From: Candidatus Nomurabacteria bacterium RIFCSPHIGHO2_01_FULL_41_71
Lineage (GTDB): Bacteria; Patescibacteriota; Minisyncoccia; Phycocordibacterales; UBA9973
Direction: 5' to 3'
Assembly: GCA_001785355.1 (NCBI GenBank)
Contig: MFTQ01000021.1
Location: 4,033-68,032 of the forward strand
Length of the DNA: 64,000 nucleotides
Below are positions 54,992 to 64,000 of the stretch, piece after piece. The notes beneath the pieces are model-generated. The model had not been told where the DNA came from and ran no database searches. It saw only the letters and a list, made by a program, of their open reading frames with translations. Each line of letters begins with the position of its first letter. The first letter of the stretch is position 1. Position numbers and translations under genes: made by a program.

Positions 54992-55717
54992 TTATTTATT
55001 TAGATAATGCTTCAGGGTATAAATCCAGTCTTCGTCTATGCCGTCGCCGTTTAGTTTTTGTTCCAGGAGCCACTCCAGGTAGCCGCGGTCTATCTTCATC
55101 ACTTCTTCGATCCTTTTGCCGTTGTGCTTTCCGAATTTGAAAGTGTGGAGAAGGGAAGGATGCGAGGAGATTTCCATCATTTTTTCTATAATCTCTTCCT
55201 CGTCGGCATTCTCGCCCAATTCTTTTTGCATTTTATTTTTGAGCCTTTCAAAAAGTTTTTCTAAAACCAACACGTCGCCGAGGGCATCGTGAGCGGTGGC
55301 TTCTATTTCTATTTCAAGCAAGTATCGCAAGTATTGCAAATTATATTTTTCTATTTTTTCTTCTTTATCCAAATATCTCGCAAGGCGTAGAGTGCAGATG
55401 AATTTTTTTGGCTCTATATTTTCTTTCTTGATCATCAAGAGGTCAAAAGGCGCATTATGAGCCACAACAACAGCTTTTTCATCCTCAAAAAGTTTCTTGA
55501 TTTTTTTCAAGTCGCCGCTTTGGGCAAAAGACGGTTTATCAGTCACTATTTTGTTGGTGATGTGATGCACGGCCGAAGCTTCGGGCGGAATTTTAATAGG
55601 GGGTTTGTAAAGTCCAATAAAATTCTCACTGTTTGTTTTATAGGCGATCTGGCAAAAGAAATCTTTGTCCGTATTGCCGGTGGTTTCGGTGTCGAAAAAT
55701 ATTAATTTATACGGCAT
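54992..55717 (-). CDS. DEDDh 3'-5' exonuclease
   Basis: FDTETTG, AHNAPFD, AHDALGD; C-terminal FGKHNG...YLEWL. Confidence 0.9.
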   Translation of the reverse strand: MPYKLIFFDTETTGNTDKDFFCQIAYKTNSENFIGLYKPPIKIPPEASAVHHITNKIVTDKPSFAQSGDLKKIKKLFEDEKAVVVAHNAPFDLLMIKKENIEPKKFICTLRLARYLDKEEKIEKYNLQYLRYLLEIEIEATAHDALGDVLVLEKLFERLKNKMQKELGENADEEEIIEKMMEISSHPSLLHTFKFGKHNGKRIEEVMKIDRGYLEWLLEQKLNGDGIDEDWIYTLKHYLNK

Positions 55718-55777
55718 AGTGCTATTTTAGCACATTTCTGTTATAATTCATCCAGAAATGATAATATTTCTTCTTAA

Positions 55778-56227
55778 ATGCTTCACGAACAAATAAAAAA
55801 TGGAATAAAAGAAGCGATGCTGGCTAAGGACGCGTTACGGCTCAAGGTTTATCGGGCTATGTCTGCGGCGTTTACCAATGAATTGGTAGCTAAAGGAAAA
55901 AAGCCACAGGATGTACTCACGGACGAAGAGGCGTTAGCGGTAGTGGGAAAGCTGGCAAAACAGAGAAAGGATTCGATCGGAGAATTCCGAAAGGGAGGCA
56001 GAGAGGATTTGGTGGTCGAAGAAGAAGCAGAGCTTGAAATACTTGAGACATATTTGCCCAAAATGATGGAGAGAAGTGAGGTGGAGAGTCTGGCTAGAAA
56101 GAAGAAAGAAGAACTTGACATTACGGATTCTTCAAAAAAGGGCATACTCATGTTCGCTCTTATGAAGGATTTGAAAGGCAGGGCGGACGGCGCTATGGTA
56201 AAGGAAGCGGTGGATTCACTTTTTTAA
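55778..56227 (+). CDS. GatB/YqeY domain protein
   Basis: KQRKDSI.EF..GGREDL...YLP...GRADG. Confidence 0.9.
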   Translation: MLHEQIKNGIKEAMLAKDALRLKVYRAMSAAFTNELVAKGKKPQDVLTDEEALAVVGKLAKQRKDSIGEFRKGGREDLVVEEEAELEILETYLPKMMERSEVESLARKKKEELDITDSSKKGILMFALMKDLKGRADGAMVKEAVDSLF

Positions 56228-56237
56228 AATATTTAAA

Positions 56238-57125
56238 ATGCAAAAAAAGAAATTAATCACGCACAATGGCTCTTTTCACACTGATGATGTTTTTGCCTGT
56301 GCGGCGTTTATGCTTCTTCTTGATCGCAAGGGAGATCAGTATGAAGTAGTGCGTACTCGAGAGGAGAAACTGATCGAAGAAGGGGATTATGTTTTTGATG
56401 TTGGAGGAATCTACGATGAAGCTAAAAACAGATTTGACCATCATCAGCGGGGCGGCGCTGGTAAAAGGGCAAATGGTATCGAATATGCTTCTTTTGGTTT
56501 GGTTTGGAAAAAATTCGGAAAGGAATTGTGTGAATCAAACAAAGCGGCGGATATTGTGGAGAAAAAGCTGGTATCTCCGGTGGATGCGCACGATAACGGG
56601 TTAGACCTTGTGGAAAACAAGCATGAAGTGTCTCCGTATCTTATCCAACATGCGTTCCTCGCCACGGAAGCTACCTGGAGAGAGGGCTTAATTAATGATG
56701 AAATGTTTCAAAAAAGCGTTTCCATCGCCAAGGAAATCCTCTCCAGGGAAATTATTCAGGCGAAAGACTTGCTTCTTGCCGAAGAAGCAGTCGTCGAAAA
56801 TTACAAAAGCAGTCCGGACAAAAGAGTGATTGTTTTGGATCGGAATTATCCCTATGATATTCTCGGCACTTTTCCGGAGCCGCTTTTCGTAATTTATTTC
56901 AAAGAAAGCAGTAACAATTGGCACATCAAAGCCGTAAGAGAGAATCCGAAAATATTCAAGAACAGAAAGAATTTTCCCTCGGCTTGGGCTGGACTTCGGG
57001 ATGAAGAATTGCAAGAAACTACAAAAGTAGCGGATGCGGTGTTTTGCCATCGGGGATTATTTTTGGCGGTAGCTAAGTCCAAGGAAGGGGCTGTAAAATT
57101 GGCGCAGATTACGGTAGAATTCTAA
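56238..57125 (+). CDS. MYG1-family exonuclease
   Basis: THNGSFHTDD, DVGG.YD, FDHHQ, DAHDNG, WAGLRD, FCH. Confidence 0.92.
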   Translation: MQKKKLITHNGSFHTDDVFACAAFMLLLDRKGDQYEVVRTREEKLIEEGDYVFDVGGIYDEAKNRFDHHQRGGAGKRANGIEYASFGLVWKKFGKELCESNKAADIVEKKLVSPVDAHDNGLDLVENKHEVSPYLIQHAFLATEATWREGLINDEMFQKSVSIAKEILSREIIQAKDLLLAEEAVVENYKSSPDKRVIVLDRNYPYDILGTFPEPLFVIYFKESSNNWHIKAVRENPKIFKNRKNFPSAWAGLRDEELQETTKVADAVFCHRGLFLAVAKSKEGAVKLAQITVEF

Positions 57126-57127
57126 AA

Positions 57128-58123
57128 ATGTCTTTTATTGATGAAATAACTTTTGAAGCTTCTGCCGGGCGAGGAGGTGACGGAGTGGTGCGTTGGCGTC
57201 AGGAGAAATTTATACCCAAGGGCGGACCTGCCGGAGGCGATGGTGGCCGGGGAGGAGATTTTTATGTGCAGGCGGTACGGGATGCGCATATTTTATCAAA
57301 ATATAAAGCTCAGAAAAATTTCTCTGCCGGACGGGGAGAAGATGGAGGTAGCGCAAGTCTTCATGGCAGGAAGGGGGAAGATTTTATACTTGATTTGCCG
57401 GTGGGATCTGTTGTCACCAATCTGGAGACGGATGAGATATGGCGATTCAAAAAAGAAGACGAGCGAATATTGCTCCTTCGCGGTGGTCACGGCGGATGGG
57501 GCAATGAGCATTTTAAGCGTTCCGACAATACCACGCCAAAAGAATGGCGTCCGGGAGGCGAGGGTGAGAAGGCGAATTTTCGAATCGAACTTGAGCTTTT
57601 TGCCGATGTCGGGTTGATTGGACTTCCCAATGCCGGCAAGTCGTCGCTTCTTAATGTCCTTACCAACGCGCGTTCCAAAGTGGGGGATTATCCTTTTACT
57701 ACCCTGGATCCTAATTTGGGAAATTTCTATGGATACATTATTGCCGATATTCCGGGACTGATCGAAGGCGCGTCTGAAGGCAAGGGTCTCGGTATTAAAT
57801 TTCTGCGTCACATCAAACGCACAAAGATACTCGCGCATTTAGTTTCTTTCGAGAATGCGAATATGCTAAAAACTTACAAAGAAATTCGAAGAGAATTGAA
57901 AAAATACGATAAAAAATTTAATTTGAACGAAGATGAATTGTCTTTTAAAAAAGAAATCGTTATCCTGACTAAAAGTGATGTGGCAGAAAATCCAAAAATT
58001 ATCGCCAAAAAGACGAAAGAATTTCAAAAAATAACAAAAAATGTTTTTGCAATTTCTCTTTTTGACGATAAAGCAATAAAGAAATTTAGAGATGAATTAA
58101 TAAAGATTTTAAAGAAAAGCTAA
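57128..58123 (+). CDS. obgE: GTPase Obg
   Basis: GGPAGGDGGRGG, GLPNAGKSS, YPFTT, DIPGLIEGA. Confidence 0.96.
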   Translation: MSFIDEITFEASAGRGGDGVVRWRQEKFIPKGGPAGGDGGRGGDFYVQAVRDAHILSKYKAQKNFSAGRGEDGGSASLHGRKGEDFILDLPVGSVVTNLETDEIWRFKKEDERILLLRGGHGGWGNEHFKRSDNTTPKEWRPGGEGEKANFRIELELFADVGLIGLPNAGKSSLLNVLTNARSKVGDYPFTTLDPNLGNFYGYIIADIPGLIEGASEGKGLGIKFLRHIKRTKILAHLVSFENANMLKTYKEIRRELKKYDKKFNLNEDELSFKKEIVILTKSDVAENPKIIAKKTKEFQKITKNVFAISLFDDKAIKKFRDELIKILKKS

Positions 58124-58128
58124 TCCCC

Positions 58129-58167
58129 TTGTTTACTATAATTACCATATGATAAAATCAGTAAACA
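58129..58167. repeat. Palindromic repeat upstream of the PaaX/Cas2-like gene
   Basis: TTGTTTACTATAATTACCATATGATAAAATCAGTAAACA. Confidence 0.8.
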
Positions 58168-58179
58168 TTTAATAAAAAA

Positions 58180-58746
58180 ATGAAAGGCAAAATCTTATAT
58201 CAAATTTTGGATTTTATTGAAGATACCAGTCTAAGTATGATTGATATCAATATGGCGATTTTAAGCGCAGGATACGGCGCAAGTATGGGGGAAATAGACC
58301 GAAAATATGAATACTTGGCTCAAAGGAGAGATGCCTATAAAATGAATCGCGACAAAAAAAGACATTTGCAAATTTATCTTTCAAAATTAAAGAGCGAAGG
58401 ATTAATAACGGAAAATTCTTTAAACAAAATCACGCTTTCTTTAGAAGGAAAGAAAAAGCTGAATTTATTAAAAAAGAGAAAAATTTTGAATAAAAATTCT
58501 TACAAAAAGGAAAAAGGAGACCGGATGATTATAGTGAGTTATGATATTCCCGTGTTTTTTAATAAAGAAAGAGCGATTTTGAGAGATATATTACGACGTT
58601 TGGGTTTTAATATAGTCCACAAAAGTGTTTGGATAGGAAAGGTAAAATTGCCAAAAGAATTTATTTTAGCTGTAGGAGAGTTGGGTATTCATGAGTTTAT
58701 AGAAATATTGGAAGTGACAAAGAATGGCAGTTTGAAATCAATTTGA
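58180..58746 (+). CDS. PaaX-like winged helix plus Cas2-like domain protein
   Basis: LSKLKSEGLI...LSLEGK (winged helix); IVSYDIP...R..LR..L..LGF...HKSVW. Confidence 0.8.
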   Translation: MKGKILYQILDFIEDTSLSMIDINMAILSAGYGASMGEIDRKYEYLAQRRDAYKMNRDKKRHLQIYLSKLKSEGLITENSLNKITLSLEGKKKLNLLKKRKILNKNSYKKEKGDRMIIVSYDIPVFFNKERAILRDILRRLGFNIVHKSVWIGKVKLPKEFILAVGELGIHEFIEILEVTKNGSLKSI

Positions 58747-58747
58747 A

Positions 58748-58787
58748 TTGTTTACCATAATTATCATATGGTAAAGATGGTAAACAA
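58748..58787. repeat. Palindromic repeat downstream of the PaaX/Cas2-like gene
   Basis: TTGTTTACCATAATTATCATATGGTAAAGATGGTAAACAA. Confidence 0.8.
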
Positions 58788-58857
58788 TAGACAAATTGAA
58801 TATTTTTTTGTTAGAATATACTCGAAAACATTTATATCAGATTTTGAAAAGCAATAT

Positions 58858-60282
58858 ATGAATAAATATTTTTATACCATAGGACTTGAAATACATGCAC
58901 AGCTTTCGACGAATACGAAGATGTTTTGTTCGTGCAAGAATGACCCTAACGCAGAGAAACCAAATGTCAATATTTGTCCGATATGCATGGCTCATCCGGG
59001 GGCCCTGCCGGTACTTAACAAAAAAGCTATTGAAAATGTGATCAAAGTAGGTCTTGCCGTAGGCGGCAATATTGCGGATTTTACTGAATTTGACCGCAAG
59101 AATTACTTTTATCCGGATGTTCCTAAAGGCTATCAGATTTCTCAGTACAAGTATCCAATAGTGGCAGGCGGATATCTATCTGGTTTTGATATTACCAGAG
59201 TGCATCTCGAGGAAGATACCGCCAACAATAAGCATTTCGTCGATTATTCTTTGGTTGATTTTAATCGTTCGGGAGTTCCGCTTATGGAGCTTGTCACCGA
59301 GCCGTGCACTTTTCAAAGCGCCGAGAAAACTGCTGAGGGCGCTGTGCGCTTTGCCAAGGAGCTTCAGCTTATTCTCTGGTATCTTGGCGTATCGGAAGCG
59401 AATATGGAAAAAGGAGAGATGCGAGTGGAAGCGAATGTTTCAATTTCAAACGATTCCAAGAAATTTGGCACTAAAGTAGAAATAAAAAATTTAAATTCTT
59501 TTCGGAGCGCGGAACGGGCTATTTTTTACGAACTTATTCGTATGGAAGAACTCTTGGATGACGAAAAGGAGAGTAAAATAATTCAAGAAACTCGTGGCTG
59601 GGATGAAGCCAAACAGAAAACTTTTTCCCAAAGAAAAAAAGAGTCAAGTCAAGATTATAGATATTTTCCGGATCCGGATTTGCCGAAATTAAAATTACAT
59701 GAAGCGTTTGATTTAGAACAAATGAAAAAAGATTTGCCGGAACTGCCGAAGGTAAAGCGCGCGCGGTATGAAAAAGATTTTGGAATCAAAGATGAGGATA
59801 TCGAGATTTATATCAATGATCCTTTGCTTGGTGATTGGTTTGAAGGTATGGCAAAAATTTTAGGAAATAAAGAAAAAATTAAAATTGCTTCAAACTACAT
59901 TACCTCTGACTATATAGGTCTCAAGAAAGCCAACTTGAAAGTTAAGCTCCCAAGTGCTAAAAATTTTGCGGAATTGGTAAATCTAGTGGCAGAAAATAAA
60001 ATTTCTTCCCGCGCAACCAAAGATATTTTGGCGATGATTGTGGTGAATGACGAATCGCCACTTAAAATCGCCACAACGAAAGGATTGCTTCAAGAAAGCG
60101 ACACCGGAATTCTCAAGGTTGTCGCAGAGAGAATTATTAATGCCAATCCGAAAGCGGTAGCGGATTATAAAAGCGGCAAAGAAACCGCTCTTATGTCGCT
60201 TATCGGAGCTGTTATGAAAGAAACCAAGGGTAGCGCAAACCCTGCTGTCGCCAGGCAGATATTACTAGATTTATTAGGGTAA
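58858..60282 (+). CDS. gatB: Asp/Glu-tRNA amidotransferase subunit B
   Basis: IGLEIH, DRKNYFYPD, HLEED, EIKNLNS, DYRYFPDPDL. Confidence 0.97.
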   Translation: MNKYFYTIGLEIHAQLSTNTKMFCSCKNDPNAEKPNVNICPICMAHPGALPVLNKKAIENVIKVGLAVGGNIADFTEFDRKNYFYPDVPKGYQISQYKYPIVAGGYLSGFDITRVHLEEDTANNKHFVDYSLVDFNRSGVPLMELVTEPCTFQSAEKTAEGAVRFAKELQLILWYLGVSEANMEKGEMRVEANVSISNDSKKFGTKVEIKNLNSFRSAERAIFYELIRMEELLDDEKESKIIQETRGWDEAKQKTFSQRKKESSQDYRYFPDPDLPKLKLHEAFDLEQMKKDLPELPKVKRARYEKDFGIKDEDIEIYINDPLLGDWFEGMAKILGNKEKIKIASNYITSDYIGLKKANLKVKLPSAKNFAELVNLVAENKISSRATKDILAMIVVNDESPLKIATTKGLLQESDTGILKVVAERIINANPKAVADYKSGKETALMSLIGAVMKETKGSANPAVARQILLDLLG

Positions 60283-60289
60283 AAAAATT

Positions 60290-61285
60290 ATGAATCAAGA
60301 AATTTTGATTAATACAGTTAAAAAATTAATAACGTCTCCGAAAGGAATTTTGGCAATAGATGAGAGTTTGGGTACATGCCGGGGTCGCTTTGAGAAGCTC
60401 AGCGTGCCATTTACGGAAGAAAAGCGTCGTGAATACCGAGAACTCCTTATCACAGCTCCAGGTATTGAACAATACATCAGTGGCTATATTCTTGTTGATG
60501 AAACCGCTTTTCAAAAAACCAAAGCAGTCGTGCCTTTTACCGATGTTTTAATAAAAAAAGGAATATGTGTCGGCATTACGGCATATACTGGATATGCGCC
60601 TTTTAATGGGACAGAAGAAAAAGTAACCGAAGGTCTAAATAATTTTTCGGATCGCATCAAAGAATACAAAAAACTTGGAGCAAGCTTTTCCAAATGGCGA
60701 GAGATGATAAGAATCGGGCAAAATATTCCGACTGAAAATTTTTTGAACGAGAACGCCAAGCGCATGGCCGAATATGCCCTAATCTGCCAGAGAGAAGAAA
60801 TTGTGCCATTTGTAGAACCGGAAATAATGATCGACGGCGATCATTCCATAGAAAAATGCTATGAAATAACCGCGCGTAACCTAGATGTTGTATTTTCTGA
60901 ATTAAAATCAGCCGGTGTGTATATACCGGGAATAATTTTGAAAACCAGCATGGTGCTTTCAGGTAAAAACGCGCAAAATCGGGCAGATTCAGGGAAAGTG
61001 GCGGAAATGACAATAAGGATTTTAAAGAAACATGTGCCAAAGGATATAGGCGGAATTGTGTTTTTATCCGGCGGGCAAACTGATGAAGAAGCGGTAAATA
61101 ATTTAAATGCCATGAATAAAATTCCTAACTTACCTTGGCGTTTAACTTTCTCTTATGGTCGCGCAATTCAAAATCCCGCGCTTCAAAGTTGGGCGAAAAA
61201 TCCAGAAGATGTCTCAGGCGCGCAAAAACTTCTTCTTGAGGCTGCACGAAATAACAGTCTTGCTTCCATAGGAGAATACAAATAA
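60290..61285 (+). CDS. Fructose-bisphosphate aldolase class I
   Basis: KGILAIDES, KWR, VEPE, ILKTSM, FLSGGQ, TFSYGRA. Confidence 0.93.
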   Translation: MNQEILINTVKKLITSPKGILAIDESLGTCRGRFEKLSVPFTEEKRREYRELLITAPGIEQYISGYILVDETAFQKTKAVVPFTDVLIKKGICVGITAYTGYAPFNGTEEKVTEGLNNFSDRIKEYKKLGASFSKWREMIRIGQNIPTENFLNENAKRMAEYALICQREEIVPFVEPEIMIDGDHSIEKCYEITARNLDVVFSELKSAGVYIPGIILKTSMVLSGKNAQNRADSGKVAEMTIRILKKHVPKDIGGIVFLSGGQTDEEAVNNLNAMNKIPNLPWRLTFSYGRAIQNPALQSWAKNPEDVSGAQKLLLEAARNNSLASIGEYK

Positions 61286-61332
61286 AACAGTGTTCCAATA
61301 TTCTATAGAATTATAGAATAGATAAAATTTTT

Positions 61333-63078
61333 ATGAAAGAAGAAATCAAAAAATTTTTTAAGGGAGATTTGGAAAGTGAGCGGGAGATACTTGAAAAGTA
61401 TTCACATGACGCGAGTCTTTTAATGGTACGGCCTAAATTGGTTTTATTTCCAAAAGATTCCGAAGATGTGAAAAACTTAGTTAAGTGGGTGGGAGACAAT
61501 TGTGTTAGGCAAGACCTAGCACAAAAGTATGGGAAACTTTCCATTACGCCGCGTTGTGCGGGTACGGACATGTCCGGCGGGGCTATCGGGGAATCTATAA
61601 TTTTAGATTTCACCAGATATATGAATCATCTGGTGAAGTTTATGGATGATATTCCACAGGCGTCCAGAAAGCAAAAGACGTCTCCCCAAAATTCTTCCGC
61701 TTTTGGAGAGAAGTCTTTTACGATTACTGTCCAGCCGGGAATGTTTTATCGGGATTTTGAGAAAATTACGTTAGAAAAAGGATTAATTTTGCCCTGTTAT
61801 ACGGCTTCCAAGAGTCTAAACGCCATGGGCGGGATGTATGGCAATAATTCTGCCGGCGAACGTACCCTTAAATATGGCAAAACGGAAGATTATATTTTAT
61901 CAGCCAAGATAGTTTTCGCGGACGGGATTGAGAGGGTTGTAAAGTCTTTTGCCCTAAATGAGATTTCAAAACAAGAAGAAATTTATAAAAAAACTTATGA
62001 ACTAATCAGACAGAATGAAGAAGAGATAAAAAGGGCAAGGCCGAACGTGCACAAAAATTCGGCCGGTTATAGCGTATGGAATGTCATCCGCCTAAAAAAT
62101 TCTTCTCTTGTTTTTGACTTAAATAAACTTTTAGTCGGCTCGCAGGGGACATTGGGGATTGTGACGGAGATCACCTTCAAATTAGTTTCCCAGACGAAGC
62201 ACTCCAAGCTGGTAGTTATATTTATGAATGATCTTGCTCCGCTTGGCGGTTTGGTGGATGAAATTTTAGCTCTTTCTCCGGAGACGCTGGAGGCCTATGA
62301 CGACAAGACTATGCGCCTGGCCGTGAAATTTTTCCCTGATTTTTTAAAAAATAAAGGATTTATCGGGATGCTTGAATTAATGCGGTCATTTCTTCCGGAA
62401 TTTGGAATGATGCTTGTTTCCGGATTTCCAAAATTAATATTACTTGCCGAATTTGCCGGTCAAAGTGAAAATGATGTGCAAAAAAAATGTCTAGAATTAA
62501 AAAATAAAATCAAGGGTTTCAAACTCAAAATTCATATCACCAAAGACGAAAACGAAGCGAATAAATATTGGAATATTCGGCGGGAGAGCTTTGCTCTTTT
62601 GCGCAAGCATGTGCGTGGCATGCGCACAGCTCCTTTTATAGACGATATAATCGTACGACCGGAATTCTTGCCGAAGTTTTTGCCGGAGCTAAATTCTATT
62701 TTAAAAAAGTATGATCTGATCTACACCTTGGCGGGACACGCCGGAGACGGAAATTTCCATATTATTCCCCTGATGGATTTCTCTCGACCGGATACGAGCA
62801 GGATAATTTTAGAACTTTCCGACAAGGTATATGATCTAGTGCTTCGCTATCACGGCTCGATTACCGCCGAACACAACGATGGCCTGATTCGCACTCCGTA
62901 TTTGAATAAAATGTATTCTCCCGCCATGCTTCAAATTTTCAAAAAAATAAAAGAAATCTTTGATCCGAAAAATATTTTTAACCCCGGCAAGAAAATTCCA
63001 ACTCAAAATCAAGGTGGTACTAAAGAATACATAACAAAGCATATTGCGGCAGAACACAAAATTACACACAGAGTTTAG
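61333..63078 (+). CDS. FAD-binding oxidoreductase (D-lactate dehydrogenase/GlcD-like)
   Basis: AGTDMSGGA, GSQGTLG, GHAGDGNFH, AEHNDG, FNPGK. Confidence 0.9.
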   Translation: MKEEIKKFFKGDLESEREILEKYSHDASLLMVRPKLVLFPKDSEDVKNLVKWVGDNCVRQDLAQKYGKLSITPRCAGTDMSGGAIGESIILDFTRYMNHLVKFMDDIPQASRKQKTSPQNSSAFGEKSFTITVQPGMFYRDFEKITLEKGLILPCYTASKSLNAMGGMYGNNSAGERTLKYGKTEDYILSAKIVFADGIERVVKSFALNEISKQEEIYKKTYELIRQNEEEIKRARPNVHKNSAGYSVWNVIRLKNSSLVFDLNKLLVGSQGTLGIVTEITFKLVSQTKHSKLVVIFMNDLAPLGGLVDEILALSPETLEAYDDKTMRLAVKFFPDFLKNKGFIGMLELMRSFLPEFGMMLVSGFPKLILLAEFAGQSENDVQKKCLELKNKIKGFKLKIHITKDENEANKYWNIRRESFALLRKHVRGMRTAPFIDDIIVRPEFLPKFLPELNSILKKYDLIYTLAGHAGDGNFHIIPLMDFSRPDTSRIILELSDKVYDLVLRYHGSITAEHNDGLIRTPYLNKMYSPAMLQIFKKIKEIFDPKNIFNPGKKIPTQNQGGTKEYITKHIAAEHKITHRV

Positions 63079-63091
63079 CGTAAAACAACAG

Positions 63092-63119
63092 ACTGGCTCG
63101 GCAACTCGCCGGGCCAGTC
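63092..63119 (+). terminator. GC-rich hairpin (possible terminator)
   Basis: GACTGGCTCGGC-AACTC-GCCGGGCCAGTC after the stop codon. Confidence 0.45.
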
Positions 63120-63233
63120 CGTCTATATTTAACTTTACTATGTCTACCGAATTAAACATATGTCTTTTTCAGTAGACATACTTTTTTGCTCCTCTCAATT
63201 TGCTTTTTGAGTGTTTTTGTATATAATGTTTCT

Positions 63234-63911
63234 ATGTTTTCAATCAAGGCTAAAAAGCGGGATTTGAATATAAAACCAAATATTTTGAGAAAATCCGGCG
63301 AGATCCCCGGAGTCTTTTATGGAGCCGGTAAAGCAAATACCGCGATTTCCATCGGTAATGTTGAATTCAAGAAAATCTGGAAGGAGGCCGGAGAATCTTC
63401 CGCAGTGAAAATTTCTTCCGGTAAAGACGAGATAGACGCGTTGATTCACGAAGTGCAGGTGGATCCCGTTTCCGGCGAGCCGATGCATGTAGATTTTCTA
63501 GCTATAGATATGACCAAGAAGATTAAAGTGAAAGTGGGACTTGTCTTCGAAGGAATATCGGAAGCGGTGAAGAGTGGGATGGGGAATCTGGTAAAAGTGC
63601 TTCACGAAATAGAAATTGAAGCTTTACCAAAAGATCTTCCGCACAATTTATTCGTAAATATTTCAAAGCTTGCCACCTTGGCGGACAATATTGTCGTATC
63701 CGATATAAAATTACCCTTCGGAGTGGGGGCGGTGACTAATGGCGGGGATATAGTGGCTTCCATCGTAGAACAAAAAGAAGAAAAAGAAGAAGAACCGGTT
63801 CCTGTTGATTTGTCTGCTATTGAAGTAGAAAAGAAAGGCAAGAAAGAAGAAGACGAAACTGATGCAAAAGAGACTACTTCGGAGAAAGAAGAAAAAGCTG
63901 AAAATAAATAA
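63234..63911 (+). CDS. rplY: 50S ribosomal protein L25
   Basis: IPGVFYG, QVDPV..MHVDF, EALPKDLP, acidic tail. Confidence 0.93.
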   Translation: MFSIKAKKRDLNIKPNILRKSGEIPGVFYGAGKANTAISIGNVEFKKIWKEAGESSAVKISSGKDEIDALIHEVQVDPVSGEPMHVDFLAIDMTKKIKVKVGLVFEGISEAVKSGMGNLVKVLHEIEIEALPKDLPHNLFVNISKLATLADNIVVSDIKLPFGVGAVTNGGDIVASIVEQKEEKEEEPVPVDLSAIEVEKKGKKEEDETDAKETTSEKEEKAENK

Positions 63912-64000
63912 ATTGTGATACAATTACGGTGATGGTACAGAAAACCATACTTTTTGTTGTATCGTTTGGGGTGTTTTTATTTGCCATTGTTGCTTGGGCA

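Noticed and set aside
58129-58787. CRISPR array next to a Cas2-like gene
   Set aside because: Only two degenerate repeats separated by a whole gene; no spacer-sized units and no cas1
1-64000. Alternative genetic code (TGA read as Gly)
   Set aside because: Conserved genes are full length under code 11 and several end in TGA

Overview
This is a chromosomal window from a small-genome bacterium. Gene content and order suggest Patescibacteria/CPR (Parcubacteria-like), which is an inference; TGA is used as a stop codon. The backbone holds translation genes (leuS, lepA, valS, tsaD, lysS, gatB, rpsU, rplY, obgE), division and cell-wall genes (murJ, ftsZ, ftsA, mraZ-rsmH-ftsL-ftsI-murF), a GH130/mannose sugar cluster and seven tRNAs. 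Four kinds of accessory DNA are layered on it. (1) Two elements sit at tRNA 3' ends and encode large serine recombinases whose genes are split by their own attachment site; a third is a deleted remnant. The tRNA-Gly element (10784-15124) contains a second, intact, inverted attP-like copy, so its excised circle would carry two 414-bp inverted repeats separating recombinase from cargo. The tRNA-Glu element (28598-37525) carries a five-gene operon with a membrane-anchored HerA-like ATPase, a PIF1 helicase and a DUF559-like nuclease. (2) Three REP-associated (RAYT-like) Y1 transposases are each flanked by their own palindrome; two also carry that palindrome in frame inside their ORF. (3) Several palindromes are inserted in frame into housekeeping genes (leuS four times, lepA, valS, trxB). 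(4) A stand-alone PaaX/Cas2-fold gene is bracketed by two palindromic repeats. All alignments were done by eye and no searches were run.
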